Part shown: piece after piece, positions 32,699-44,300 of the stretch
Layout of the letters: every line of letters starts with the position of its first letter
How positions within the stretch are numbered: the stretch's first letter is position 1
Source: Podarcis melisellensis
Lineage: Eukaryota
Reading direction: 5' to 3' (one strand)
Assembly: GCA_964234715.1 (NCBI GenBank)
Contig: OZ174276.1
DNA: 64,000 nucleotides
The notes under the pieces: generated by a model
Seen by the model: the letters and a program-made list of their open reading frames with translations, nothing else
Databases searched by the model: none
Told to the model about the DNA's origin: nothing
Translations under genes and position numbers: made by a program

Positions 32699-33022
32699 GG
32701 TAAAGGTAAAGGGACCCCTGATGGTAAAGGTAAAGGGGTTGCAGCGCTCATCTCGCTTTACTGGCCAAGGGAGCTGGCATTTGTCCGCAGGCAGCTTCCG
32801 GGTCATGTGGCCAGCTTGACTAAGCTGCTTCTGGCAAACCAGAGCAGCACACAGAAACGCCGTTTACCTTCCCACTGGAGCAGTACCTATTTATCTATTT
32901 GCACTTTGACTTGCTTTCGAACTGCTAGGTTGGCAGGAGCTGGGACCGAGCAACGGGAGCTCATCCCATCATGGGGATTCGAACCGCCGACCTTCTGATT
33001 GGCAGGCCCTAGGCTCTGTGGT
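32699..33022 (-). mobile_element. Sauria SINE (Squam1)
   Basis: Reverse-complement homolog of 24900-25229, with (GGTAAA)n tail at the left. Confidence 0.88.
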
Positions 33023-34448
33023 ACCATCCAGTGGTACAGTTAAGTAATTTTAGATTCTGAACTTAATGGTCTTATGCGGGCTCCACTCTTTAGATGGTAA
33101 AGCACATTACTTACCTATTTTAAAATGTGGCAAGCCAGCTGTACTACATTTGGGTGGATTCCTGCCCCAAAATCCTCCTGGGGCAGCACCACTACACTAA
33201 TGAAAAGTATCAAGTACTGGTGAAGACCTCTGCCCAAATCTCTGAGGAACCCCCATCAATCAGACACTACTGAACAACACATGCTACTAGCCTGACTGTA
33301 TAAGGCAGCTTCATATGCTTCATATGTAAAGATGGTTGACTGCGGATTGAGCAACAGCACCCTGAGTTCCATTTGGCCTGATACACAAACTAGCATCAAT
33401 CAAAGGGATGTTTAATGCACATCTGAAGACTGGCTGGAGTGGAAACAAAGTTGTTCTGCTGGCAACTGGGTATAGGGCCTCAAGCAACTGAAAAGAGGTA
33501 AGTGATCAAAGTTCTGGCTGGGGCAATATAACCAGGCCAGAAGAACATCTAGCGGAAATAATACTTTCAAATAAATTTTCACAGTGAACAAAAATATACT
33601 GTATGGGTTATCTATCATTGGGTTTTGAAAAGAACAAGCAGCAACACCTAGAAATAAAGATGAATATATCAAGCAACTGTTGTAACTGCAATGAATGTGT
33701 TTTCATACCCCTGCTATTATTAGCTCATTCTTTAACCACATTTTTTCCAGAATAGTGAATGAACAGTCTATGAATCTTGCCCTCTGGAAATGTTCCCTAG
33801 CAAAGTGCAATTGCACCTTCACCAGATGCATAAAATTATCCTAAGCTAAAAAATATGTTTATATCCTGTACTTACTGTGAAGAGTTCAAGGAGTGTACCT
33901 AGTTTGCCTTTCCCCCATTTTATCCTTGTAGCCCGTTAAGCTGAAAGAAAGTGATTGGCCCATGGTCATCCAATGAGCTTCATGGTCAAATGGGGATTTG
34001 AATGTTCATCTTCCAAGCCCCAGGTCCAGCACTCTCAACCACTACATCACATTGGATTCCACATGTGATAGGAGAGGGAGAACTATTAGCAGTGTAGTTA
34101 GTCTAGTTTGTGCCTTTTAGAATTTCCTCCTATGTTAAAACTTAAATACATAAAAATCATTAGTGAATATTCACAAAGCAGTGATGAGTCACTAATGATT
34201 TTACATATATTAACAAAAATTTTAATGTCCCTTGCATTTTATATCCTCCTAACCCCACTACCAATGTCTGTGTATAAAATTTAAAAGATGAGATAACACT
34301 TCTTGCATATGATCAAGTACTTTAGTCCACAAATGCACATACCGCTAATATATTTGTTAAGTCTTCAAGGTGCCACATATTTACTGTTTTTGCTGCAACA
34401 GAGTAGCATGATTACCTCTGAAAGGTACTTACCCAGCCATAGGTTATA

Positions 34449-34614
34449 CAGGCAACTCCCCATTTGCGCAGGGGTTGCGTTCTTGGCATTTGCACTCTTC
34501 AGAGAAGTGCGCATCAGCCCACCCTGTCCCTATTCCACCCTCCACTGGGTCCAAAACAACCCATCTGCTGTCCGTCACTTTTCAATTGACTACACGCAAA
34601 ATGGTCACTACCTG
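34449..34614. mobile_element. Old Tigger-like MITE
   Basis: TA-flanked cagg...cctg ends with degenerate inverted termini (tttgcg / cgcaaa). Confidence 0.55.
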
Positions 34615-34697
34615 TATAAGTAAAAATACCTTTTATCATAAAAAAGAAATAGAAAGGAAACAAGACAAAGCTAGCGAATCAATATCCACAACAGAAT

Positions 34698-34703
34698 TTT
34701 ATT
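34698..34703 (-). terminator. Probable polyadenylation signal of TRIR (implies about 2.1 kb 3'UTR)
   Basis: tttatt on + (AATAAA on -), followed on the minus strand by a U-rich tract (34620-34670). Confidence 0.5.
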
Positions 34704-36817
34704 TTAAAAAGCTAGTAGTAAGAATGATTATCAGTGCTCTAAGCCAGGTTGTGGAGGTCAAAAGCAATAAAGGAGTCTGATCTAGTGTAGAACAAGGAAG
34801 CAAACTGCCACCACTTTATAACAGGTGTGTAACCAGATACCAGTGAAATATTTAGCCCTTCCAAGTTGCTTCAGACTTTAAACAGTAAAATCTCATATAT
34901 GACCACCCCGAGTTCCTTTCAGACACTACCTCAAACTGAATACAGCAGGTGGTGATGTCTTCCAGCCCTTTCCCCAATCTCTACCTATTCAGGTCTGAAA
35001 TAGTGTTTGACATGCATACGGTCATATGTATGAAAGTTTCTGCCACATGATTAGGTTTCCTAATCACACTGAAGAGCCTACACACATATAGATGTACACA
35101 CCCCTCTAGATCTTCTGCTGAATAAAGGTCTGAACAGGACTCAAGTCGGCTGAGATTCCAGCAAGTGTACATAACTAATTAAACGAGTGTTGGGTTGAAC
35201 CCAACAGAATCATTGTATTAGCAGAATGACTTCTGCTCACACCATGGAACTTCTACTCCCTTTCCTGCCTCTACCTCCCTCCCAAAATCTGCTTTGAGAT
35301 TTCCCCCAAACATCCAAAGCAGATTTGGGGGTTGCAGACAGAATTCAATCCAGTATTTCCTCCCCATGTCCTACACAACCATCAGGGTGTTCTGATTGGT
35401 AGAAAGTAGTGACCTTTTCCGCAGAGAGGGCATTTATATATAAAACATGTGGCCTAAAGGCTGTTCAATAACATAACACACACCCTTTAGGCCTCTCCTA
35501 GATGAGAATATAAAACTTCAGCTGGTTTTCCTTCAGCTTAAAAATCTTCTGCAAGTATGTTTTGCATTGAGCAGAAGTTGGGTATTTCATATCTGCTCTC
35601 TGACACAAAGCGCCTGTTCCATGAAAAGGAAATGGCACAAATAGAGTAAGATTCAAACATAAGCCCAACTGCACCCTCAACACAAAAATTGGGGGCTATA
35701 AATTATCCTAGAAAAGGTCTTGTTTGTGTTCTCATTTCTTGACATTCCAACTGCTAAGAATGTACCCGAGGCCTTTCTATGAAGTTGTCATCCCCAGTTA
35801 CTCTCAGTGACAGAACTCACATCACTGCAGAAACTATCTGAGTTTCAGCTTTAGTACACAACTTCACTGAAAGTATAAGGAGTCTAAATGGAGAATAAAA
35901 AAAGAGAAACATAGGCTCCCATGCACACAGCAAACAACTGCTAGACAAACAGCCTTTCTCAAAGAACTCTGGCCACAAAGCCCAGGACTGGAACAGAGGG
36001 GCTAGTCAAAGGCTAGAATCATGATATCTGGAAATTCCATTTGTCCCAGAGCACGTTTGTTGTAATTTTAGCCAATTTTTCTCCTAATATTAGGTTTAAG
36101 TGGAGACCAAGTTTCTACCTTCTTAGCTAGCAGATAGGCACAACATAATCCGCAGTGCTAAATTGGAGCATGCATAGCAGAAGGCAAGGAATGAGCTTAA
36201 TCAGCAGCAACTGGAATTCAGAACAAAACCACATAACGCACTGTATTGTACAGTGAAATGGTGAGGAAAAAACAGAAGCAGAAATGCACCCACAGAATTG
36301 TCAGATACTAAGCATACCAAGGAACTCAGCACTGGTCACCTTTTCATCAAAGTGTTCTGGAATTACTGTTGTCTGCAATGCGGATTTGGAAATTGTGACC
36401 ACATGTTAAGTTCACCTTCAACAGAAACAGATAACGCATTTGGCAAAATGGATCCATTTAGCTTATCCCATTGTGGAAACTTGAGGAGTACTGGAAGTGT
36501 TAAGCAAAGGTTTAATGCTAAAGATTTGGTGGGCATGGTATGTTGCCTGGTGATTCAGGGAAAGACATATCAGACCAATTCCACTATTTTGGGGATTACA
36601 AATTAAAAAATCCTGCAACTAAGTCAAAGTTCTTAGTTCTCAGAAGAAAGAAGATAACAATAAATGAACCAATGAAGGAGGCTCTAAATTCCCAGATATA
36701 AAAGCATGGCAAGTCACCTGCTGCCGTGGCAGCATTCAGTCTGTGGGGCAGAGCTACTCTCCTTTGACGTTTTAAATAATTATGTACATCAGAGAAAGTC
36801 CAGGCTGGAGATGAGAG

Positions 36818-39800
36818 TTATTTCACCAAAGGTCGGGTTTTATCATCATCACTGCACTGGTGGGCTTTGTATTTTTTCACTTCAGCCATATATTTGGCCC
36901 ATGCATCACCTTTACTTGTCAAAACCTACAAACAAAACAGGAGAGGCAAAAATGAAATGTTACATATCTCAAATTATTTTATTCAGAAGCATACCATAAA
37001 CAGAAAACATTAACTCTCAAAAAACAATGGCATAAACCTAACCATCTAACTAGGAGTCTGTGGGTTGTATTGTACTAGGGAGCCCCAGGTTCAAATTCTT
37101 GCTCAGCTATAAACCTCACAGTATGACACTGGGGTAGTCAACATCTCTTTAGTCTAACCTATCACATAATATTGTGAAGACAAAAGGAAGATAACCCCAG
37201 GTACTTGATCTGCCATTATCTCATTGGAATTAAAAGCACTGGGTTATAGGCAATGCTGGTATAACAGACATTCCCATCTTCTCCTTTTCAGCCCTCACAA
37301 GGACCCTCTGCAGCAGATTTTGAAGGTGCATGCGAGAAGGATGGAAGTCCTATTATGCAAGAGGAACTCTGTACATGCAGCATTTGAAACAACCCTGTTT
37401 ACAGAAATGAAAAAGACAGGGAAGCTTAACACTTAACTAGGAAATAACAGTTCTTCATTTCACTTGACAAGCACCTTTCCTACTAAGGAAGAACACAAGC
37501 TTCCAGCTTCATTGCTGTTATCACAACTGAAGCAGGAACGAGAAATAAAGTACTCTTCTGCTGCTCCTGTAGACCTATATAGCAGTTTTTCATTGAAGGG
37601 CTGCCACTGCCGTTATTGCAGAGTTCATATTCTTTCTGTGTGTTGTCTCTTTCTCTCTCCCTCCCCCCACATACACAAATTAAAGCAACCTGCCCCTGAG
37701 ATTCTAGCAGAAGCCAAAAATCATTGTTCAGTTCTCCTACAAATTTTCTCACACTCCAAAGATGGCCAACATCAGTGGAAGGTCAACATCAGTGCCAAAC
37801 GTAGATAGCATGAGGGAGAAGAATATTAGCTTCAACTTCCATTTCTGCTGAAATGGAAGCAAAAGCATTGCTGCCCCATGGGCTGTCAAGCTGACATAAA
37901 TGAGGTTCATGCTAACTTACCTCATCCTCTGTCTTTTGTTTCTTGGCTACCACTCCTGTCTTCAGGGCTAGCTTGCTGCCCCCTCTCCGCTTGCCCACCT
38001 GGGTGAAGGGACAGAAGACTGCAACCGTTATACGAGCCTGGGAGCTGCAAGGGGAATGTTGCCCACTATATAACGGTATAGGGAGTCCTTCAATTAGATC
38101 ATCTTAGCTCGCCATCACACCTGTCAGTCAGTACAGAGCTGCCGAGCGTTACCTACACCGTTGTGCTAGGAGGGTAAAAGGGCACCTTAGCAGTGTTCAC
38201 CAATACATCTGTACAGATTAGCCCAAACATTAAAAGACACATTTTATAAAAAAATGAAGTATTCTGAATGCTTTCCAGGCTCAATGTCCATTAGAAAATA
38301 GGATCAACACTGAACTTCCACTCACATTCCCCTAAAACATCACAACATACATGAAACTGTTTGATTTCCTAATAATTACAAGGACAATCAAGTTGGCAGA
38401 GTCAGTCTTATTCCTGTCTAGGGAGGGGCTGTGTGCTACTGTCATTCTATAAATCTGTATAATCTCCATAAAACAAAAAATGGATTTCTAAGAGCAGCTC
38501 GAGGCTTAAAATATGAAATGTCAGCTTTCATTTTGAAAAAAACAAGCTTGAAAACAGATGGGGTCCTTCTGCTAAAAACTAAGGAACAAGAGCAGGGTTT
38601 CAATGTCCACTATCAGACCCTGCTCACATAATGAAATTCCTGCAGTACATGCCCCTTATGCTCTTCCTATTCATAGCGCCAGTAATGCCATATGCCCAAA
38701 CGTATGCTCCATCTCCAAGAATCCTCTATCTAGAGACTCCAGGTTTCATAAGACTGAAAGGGAAAAAATACTAATTTTCTTACTCGTAGGCTGCAATTCC
38801 ATACACAATACCCTGGTATTAATTCCCACTGAACTCGACAACTTATTTTTTAGTAAACACAGAGCACCTTGTTGTTATTCTATTCTGAGTAGCCTCCCCT
38901 TTTCTATAACAGGCTATGTTATTAATGCTGAACCAATAGAGAATACATTGCATTCTTCTCTATCCAGTGCGAACCAAATAGCAGCTTACTTCAGAATTAT
39001 CACACCAATATGGATGTTGAACGGATTTCACTCTGTTGTAAGCATGATACTATCTATGGAGAAAAACTTCCATATGCTAGACAAAAGCCCCATTTACTTG
39101 CAACAGCTGTTTAAAGCAGGGGAAACTCCTGGTTTGCTTTAAGAAAAAGGGCCTAGTTTATCTTAATACACCTCAGTTCCTTTGTTTTCATATAATGTCT
39201 GTATCAGTCTCTATCAGATGGTTCTCCAAAACACAGCTAAATCAAAGCATTGTGTTGTGGTATTTTACTTGCAGTTCACAGGATGGCCTTCTAGATCTAC
39301 TACTTCCAATTTGAATCTATATTACACACATCAGGATTGACACTTTTAGTTTCTCAGAAGGAGGCAGAAAAGAGAATGTTTATCCAATTATTTATTTTGC
39401 ACCTTGCACTTTTACCTGTCCCAAGTTAAGATTCAGTAGGTTTTTTTTTTTAAAAAAGTCATAATTTTGTTGGATTATTTTGGCTGTGGCTACTGAATGG
39501 CTTTGATTTTTTAGAAATGTACAGCAGCAGGTAGTTCTGTCATGGGGCAGGATTATTAAGAACCCCAAAAGGCAAGCTTGGAACTTGAAGTTCACCCACT
39601 TGGAAATAAGGCACACTGAAATTAATGAGTTTTTGAGCAAATATGTTTATGGTCAGAAAATAATGACTTTGATGTTTACTTTATAGACTGAGATTAGGAC
39701 TAGTTAAGTAAAAATAGCCTCCCAACATTTATTGGGGACAGCACTTACAGAAGTATTCCAGAACTGCCTACTTTCAAGTCCACAATCAATATGAACAAAC

Positions 39801-40576
39801 CCAGTAAAACATTAACTTGCACAGCAATGACAGATGTCGACTATACACTATAGTATGCAACCACTGTCAACAGACGTTTTAAAAAACTGCTTGCTGCATA
39901 CACCTATGCTATATATTACCGGGGCGAGGGATATCAGCACTAAATATTCATGCCCATCGGACTTAAATTCATAACGTGAATTAAAGTGAGCTTTGAAAAC
40001 CTTTGTCGAGAGCTCGGAGGAAGAAGAGAATTTATCAGTGCTCCTGGTAACATTATTCCGCTACCGTAACAGAAATACTGGGGGGAGGGGAAGAGAACAT
40101 TTTACAGGGGTGAGGAAGTGCTTCACCCGTTGAACTTCTGCCTGCCAAGCACCTATTAAGGGCACACGCGACCATGTCAGGAAAGGAGATGAAAACGGGC
40201 AGGCAGAAGGCGCCAGCCAGCGCCTCGGTCCTTTGGGGTCTGGGGAGGTCGGAGGCAGAAAGCGAAGAGGAGTAAGCCAAGGGAAAGGGGAGGAGGGGGT
40301 ATCAGGGCCCGGATCCCTTACGAAGCTGAGGGCGCTCCCGCTCCGCTTCTTTTCCGGCGGCTCCTGTTCCCCGGGCGGCTCCGGCCGAGACTCGGTCTCT
40401 CTCTGCTTTTCGGCCCCCGCTTTCCCCGCTCCCGGTCCGCTCCTCCCTCCCGCGGCGGCGGCCTCTTCCATGCGCCGCTTGAAGAGCTCTAGGAAGGAGC
40501 CGTCGTTGGCGAACACGTTCACTCCGCCCGGCCCGGCCGCCTCGGAGCCTGGGCCCCTGCCTTGCGCCGCCGCCAT
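36818..40576 (-). CDS. TRIR: Telomerase RNA component-interacting RNase / C19orf43 (146 aa, 3 exons)
   Basis: Exons 40322-40576, 37921-37998, 36818-36925 (441 nt). Conserved blocks NVFANDGSFLELFKR, VGKRRGGSKLALKTGVVAKKQK and VLTSKGDAWAKYMAEVKKYKAHQCSDDDKTRPLVK*. Head-to-head with GET3 as in human. Confidence 0.95.
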
Positions 40577-41370
40577 CTTGCGCCGCCCTCCCTGCCTTGA
40601 GCGTACGCGCCCTGGAGCACGGTGGGGAGCGGTGACGACGCCGGCGCCGCAAAGCACGACGGGAGAGGCGACGTTGCTAGGCTGCCCACGCACGTCAAAA
40701 AAAAGGAGAAGTATCGCCGACCGACAGGGCGCGTCCGCCCTGCGTCATACTGACAGGCCTTCTGAGCCAATCAAAAAAGGCAACGGGCCGCAGCCCGCGG
40801 GGAAATCGATGGTGGAGTGAGCATTTTACCAATCAGAAACAGCGGGAGGCGGGCGTTTGGCGTGGGTGGGAGCTCCTTCAAAAAGGGGTTCAGGAGCCAA
40901 TCAAGAAAGGAAGCTGCCGGCCAATAGGCTGAGATAAGACAAGTGTGGGCAAGACCATATCATCCAACTAGGAAGGGGTGCGATTACTGTGTTACTCAAC
41001 CTTTTTGTGACGCACCGGTTTGAGCACCTTGTGTGATTGAAGGATCTGAAGAGCAGGCCGAGGTAGGGAAGAGTACTTGCGCGCCTTGCTTCCTGTTAAT
41101 GAGCGAAGGCGCTGAGCGGGGACAACCAACCTGAATCTCCCTACAAGATGGTGTAGCTCTGCATCTTGTCACGTGATTTTGGTTTCAAGATGGCGGCGGC
41201 GGCGGCATCTGGGTTGGCGACCGAGGCGGATGAGTTCGAGGACGCACCTGACGTGGAGCCGCTGGAGCCGACACTGAGCAACATCATCGAGCAGCGGAGC
41301 CTGAAATGGATTTTCGTCGGAGGGAAGGGTGGCGTTGGCAAGACCACCTGCAGGTGAGTTGGTCGGGGAG
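40190..41370. promoter_or_regulatory. Bidirectional CpG-island promoter shared by TRIR and GET3
   Basis: ATGs about 0.6 kb apart. CCAAT boxes at 40767, 40829, 40897, 40921; CRE half-sites at 40691 and 40741; GTCACGTGA E-box at 41168; CAAGATGGCGGC (YY1/TISU) around both start codons. Confidence 0.85.
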
Positions 41371-44300
41371 ATGTCGTTGGGAGGGATGGCAGACATTGCT
41401 GCCTCCGCCTTTTTCTCTCCTTGGCAGCTGCTGTTGTGCCTTTTCAGGAGCTGTGTGACAGGCAGAAACCCAGCAAGCGCAGCTTTCATATCGCTGAACC
41501 TTTGTTGGCAAAAGCTCTACCTGTTGAACGTCCGCATCTCATTAAGCTATGGAGAATAGTGTCTTATTAGGCAAGCGAATTCTATGCACCTTCATGCCAC
41601 TGTACGTAAATATCATGGGATTTGGGGCACCCTGCTTCAGATGCGAGACTGGATGAAACTAAGTAGAAGCATAGGGGTTGGGTGCCTTCCTTTTTCAGAT
41701 TCATATTTTGACAATCATTTATGCCTTCTTAATCTCAAGGCTAAGTATTTGAAGCTGCTTTTATGTGTGGTTGTCCTTGATGACTGAAAGCTTCATTTAG
41801 AGCAGAATGCATTTTCAGACAAATTCTGAAGAATGTAATTGTTCTGGTACTTGGTATGAGAACCCTCACTGCCTTCCAGGCATAGCTTTATCTTGTAAAC
41901 CCCCAAATGGCTTGGATTAACTTAATTTGTAGCTTGCCTACTTCCTTGTGCAACTCTGCCAACAATACCTTCTTGATTATATTAGCCTTGCTGTTGTGGA
42001 ATAACCTTGTAGTGGTAGGTTTCCCATTGTGCAATGCCTTTTCTTCATAAAGATTTTTAAAATTGTAGATCAGAACTTAGAACACAAGTATTAGAGGCTA
42101 TTAAATTTTGGCTGGTGTGTGTGTGTTGGATTTTGATGTCTAGGGTTAAACCTTTTAAAGTGTGGGCTTTCAATATATTCTAGATTTACTTTGTGGTGAC
42201 TCATAAGAAACTCATTAATATATTATTTGGCCTGGTTTTTTTGCAGGGGGTGGAGGTAACCTGTCTTGAAAGAGAGGGGTATCACAAGTTAAATAGCTGA
42301 AGCTGTCATTTACTCAGGAGTGAGCTGTTTTGCTAAGCTAATGTGCATATGATTTGGCTGCTTCTGAGTAGCTGCTTGTCTGTGACAAGTAAGCACCTCC
42401 ATAGAGGAGCAAAGTTGGAAGTCTTTGGATCATAATCTCTTAGGGTAGACAAATCCAAACAGACCTATTAAGACTGTGATAGCTGAAGAGCTTATGTTCT
42501 ATGTTTGTATGTATTTCCTTTTGTGATGTTAATAACTGCACATTGCTTTACTTCCTGAATCTAGTTGCAGCCTGGCTGTGCAGCTGTCCAAAGTGCGGGA
42601 GAGTGTCCTCATCATCTCCACCGATCCTGCTCATAACATATCAGATGCTTTCGACCAGAAATTTTCAAAAGTCCCCACCAAAGTAAAGGGCTATGATAAC
42701 CTTTTTGCCATGGTGAGTGTTCCTCTGAAGGGACTGGGTAGTATTGAGCAAAAAAATATGGTTCTTATTACATATAGGAAAAGATCAGGCAGGGGTGAAA
42801 ATATTCTTTTTTCTGACCTTGCTCTTTCACACTGAATAGATTATAATATGTAGCAATAAGGCAAGTAAACCAACTGAATTTTTCCTCCAAAATTTCTGTG
42901 TCCTGCACTGTGAGGAGATGATGGTATATTTTGTTTAACTGGTTTCTCTTCACTGTATTTTAAGAGATGTGACTAATGTAGTGGTTTGTAACCTCGAGAA
43001 TTTATCTGTAACAGTTTAAAGCAGTTTTTTAGAATGGCTGAATGACTTTGTTTTTGCTTTATGAAAAGTGGTGCTGATCCTTCTATTTATTTCTCAGGAG
43101 ATTGATCCCAGCCTAGGTGTGGCTGAACTTCCAGATGAGTTCTTTGAGGAGGATAACATGCTGAGTATGGGCAAGAAGATGATGCAAGAGGCTATGAGTG
43201 CCTTTCCTGGCATTGATGAGGCCATGAGCTATGCAGAAGTTATGCGGTAAGAACTGTGGCCGGGATCATCAAGCCTTCTAACCTTTTCTAGCCTGTGGGA
43301 GGCTTATTTATTTATTATTTCATAAAATTTATACACCGCTTGATTGTGGGTTAAAAAACAAACAAACCTCAAAGCGGTTTTTGGGTTAAGAAGCAGAAGG
43401 ACCAGACTTCAAAGGTATTTTACTGGGTTCACCATTATGAAGTTTGGGTTAGCCAGACGTATCCCAATCCTAATGGTTTAGCCATTAGGATAGGCCAGCA
43501 TAGTAACTAAGTATGCTTTGCACAAGGTTATTGTAATATTTGTGGTTTGTATCCAACTAAGTAGGCTCCCTGTGGTAATAAAAATAATAATAGTAATAAT
43601 AATTTAATTTATTTATTTATATGCTGTCCATCTGACTTGGGTTACCCCAGCCACTCTGGGTGGCTTCCAACAAATAGAAAAGCGCAATAAAACATTAAAT
43701 ACTTTACTATACAGGGTCAGTGTTAGAAACAGAGATATGAAAGCTAGGAGCTAAATGGCACCTTAAGCCTAGGTTATGGGCGCAAAAACAGAAGGTGTGA
43801 TACCTTCAGGTATAGGGCGGTATAGAAAATAAATAATAATAATACTACACTTTTTAAATAACAGAAATACAAATCTGAAAATGAATGAACTGCAGCTAAA
43901 GTATTATGTTCATTTTTCACATGATCTAGTCCTTCCCCTGCCTGCCCCCCTAATATTCTTAAGAGGGTCTCTTCTCAAGTCTTCAAAGAGTAGCTGGAAG
44001 TGGGGAGGCAGAAAAAGGTCCTCCTTTCCTTCTACTCTGTAGTTTTAATCTGAAATCTTAGGCGCAGTATTGTGCCCAGAGCTCAGAAACTGCTCACCCT
44101 AATGAAATTCCCTGTCGCAAATGTGCCTTGAACAATGGGAGTTCTGAACACTGTACGGGGCTGACTTCAGTTGTTGTTTAAATAAGTAGGCTCACCTAAG
44201 CTAGCCATGACCATTAATTTCAATGACTCTAATCTGAGTATGGCTAATATTGGATTCAACCTTTTGCGATTTATGCATCATTTATTGCACTGGACAAATT

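Noticed and set aside
38020-38195. H/ACA snoRNA interpretation of the TRIR intron hairpins
   Set aside because: An ANANNA is present, but there is no ACA box after the 3' hairpin on the host strand, and it is too close to the acceptor.
38603-39142. 179-aa plus-strand ORF in TRIR intron 1
   Set aside because: AT-rich, antisense intronic, no motif or splice support.
42565-42570. Alternative AG 6 nt into GET3 exon 2 that would delete two codons after the P-loop
   Set aside because: Only a dinucleotide coincidence; no evidence of use from sequence alone.
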